From positions 1 to 25,846 of IMG/VR virus record IMGVR_UViG_3300018073_000025: a DNA stretch of 25,846 nt; one strand, given 5' to 3'. Every line of letters begins with the position of its first letter. The first letter of the stretch is position 1. The position numbers were made by a program, and so were the translations under genes. Below, one piece after another: positions 24,943-25,846 of the stretch. This DNA comes from a virus (lineage: Duplodnaviria > Caudoviricetes). The notes under the pieces were generated by a model. It worked only from the letters and a program-made list of their open reading frames with translations. It did not search any database and was not told the DNA's origin.

Positions 24943-25415
24943 TGGCTCGTAATGACAATACCCTGGTCATTGAGAACGCTCGGATCATTTTTAGAAATTT
25001 TTCCGGTCGGGAAGGAATGTACAATCGGGAAGGAGACCGCAACTTCGGAGTTCTCTTGGATGAGCAGCTGGCAAAAGAGATGTCCGAAGACGGATGGAAT
25101 GTCAAATGGTTGAAGCCTCGCGAAGAGGGTGAACCTGAGCAGGCTTATATTCAGGTTTCAGTCAACTTCAAAGGCCGTCCTCCTCGAGTAGTTATGATTT
25201 CAAGCAGAGGACGAACAAATCTCGGTGAGCATGAAGTCGAGCTTCTTGACTGGGCAGATATTTCGACCGCAGATCTCATTATGCGTCCTTACGAGTGGGC
25301 TGTTAATGATAAGCATGGGATTAAGGCGTATCTTCAATCTATTTTCGTGACTATCGAAGAAGATGCACTTGAACTTAAATATGCTGAAATTGACGATGCC
25401 GCTGAACGGAGGTAA
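24942..25415 (+). CDS. Probable single-stranded DNA-binding protein
   Basis: Coupled to the polymerase stop. Beta-rich OB-fold-like 'IENARIIFRNFSG...RNF', 'GIKAYLQSI.V' and acidic C-terminus. Confidence 0.65.
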   Translation: MARNDNTLVIENARIIFRNFSGREGMYNREGDRNFGVLLDEQLAKEMSEDGWNVKWLKPREEGEPEQAYIQVSVNFKGRPPRVVMISSRGRTNLGEHEVELLDWADISTADLIMRPYEWAVNDKHGIKAYLQSIFVTIEEDALELKYAEIDDAAERR

Positions 25416-25728
25416 TGAGAGGAGGCGAAGTTGGCCGGTGTGGAAGAGATTGCTTGAACGATCAACCGGCGATATTCTAATTCTAATTGTGACATTGACG
25501 ATTTGTGCCAGTGTTATAGGTGCTGGCATAGCTGTTGCACTTAGATCTTTACTGGCTCCTGAAATTAATTCAGCTGGTGCCTGGGCACTGGTCTCAGACT
25601 CGATCAATACCCTCATTGGTTTGTTGGCGGGATTCATCGCGGGTCGTACCGAAAGGGGTGGCCAAAGTGCGTCTGAAATTCAGCCCCCTCCAAGGGATTT
25701 TGATGATACTCCTTCTATTGATAATTAA
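25396..25728 (+). CDS. Hypothetical membrane protein (two hydrophobic segments)
   Basis: 'ILILIVTLTICASVIGAGIAVAL' and 'INTLIGLLAGFIAG'. Start uncertain (25396 or 25438). Confidence 0.65.
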   Translation: MPLNGGNERRRSWPVWKRLLERSTGDILILIVTLTICASVIGAGIAVALRSLLAPEINSAGAWALVSDSINTLIGLLAGFIAGRTERGGQSASEIQPPPRDFDDTPSIDN

Positions 25729-25769
25729 TTGTGCGGTCTCATTGATTACTGTGTTTTAAAGGAGGGACA

Positions 25770-25846
25770 ATGTCTCAGGAGGAAATACCGGGCCAAATGG
25801 TAATACCTGGTCTTGTGTCAACGATGTCTCTTCGCGCAAAGCTAAA
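25770..25846 (+). CDS. Hypothetical protein, 3'-truncated by the window edge
   Basis: Strong AAGGAGG RBS and ATG 25770. Frame open to the window end (MSQEEIPGQMVIPGLV...). Confidence 0.55.
   Translation, partial: MSQEEIPGQMVIPGLVSTMSLRAKL

Overview
A 25.8-kb, entirely + strand segment of a tailed dsDNA siphophage genome. Gene content and order resemble, from recall and not a search, the ReqiPepy6/Poco6-type actinobacteriophages and related Arthrobacter/Streptomyces/Gordonia phages. Positions 1-14.7 kb are the virion module: 3' part of the major capsid gene, head-tail connectors, three paralogous major-tail-like genes, a tail chaperone, a receptor-binding fibre placed before the tape measure, then tape measure, Dit, hub, FN3 protein and holin. 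Positions 14.7-21.2 kb are an accessory region of small, often membrane-anchored ORFs and DUF6353-like paralogues. It is organised by seven copies of a tripartite motif T(C/T)GC-N6-TACA-N5-TAT(A/G)AT-GAGA. Three copies head single-gene cassettes ending in terminators. Three lie at an exact 160-bp period and head ORF-free, highly base-paired segments, a candidate tandem small-RNA array that includes a tRNA T-arm mimic. One copy is embedded in an ORF exactly 160 bp before the next copy. A further structured intergenic element exposes a loop complementary to the cassette leaders. Positions 21.2-25.8 kb encode a fused SF3 helicase/primase/family B DNA polymerase, a probable SSB and a membrane protein. 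All folds and alignments were done by eye.
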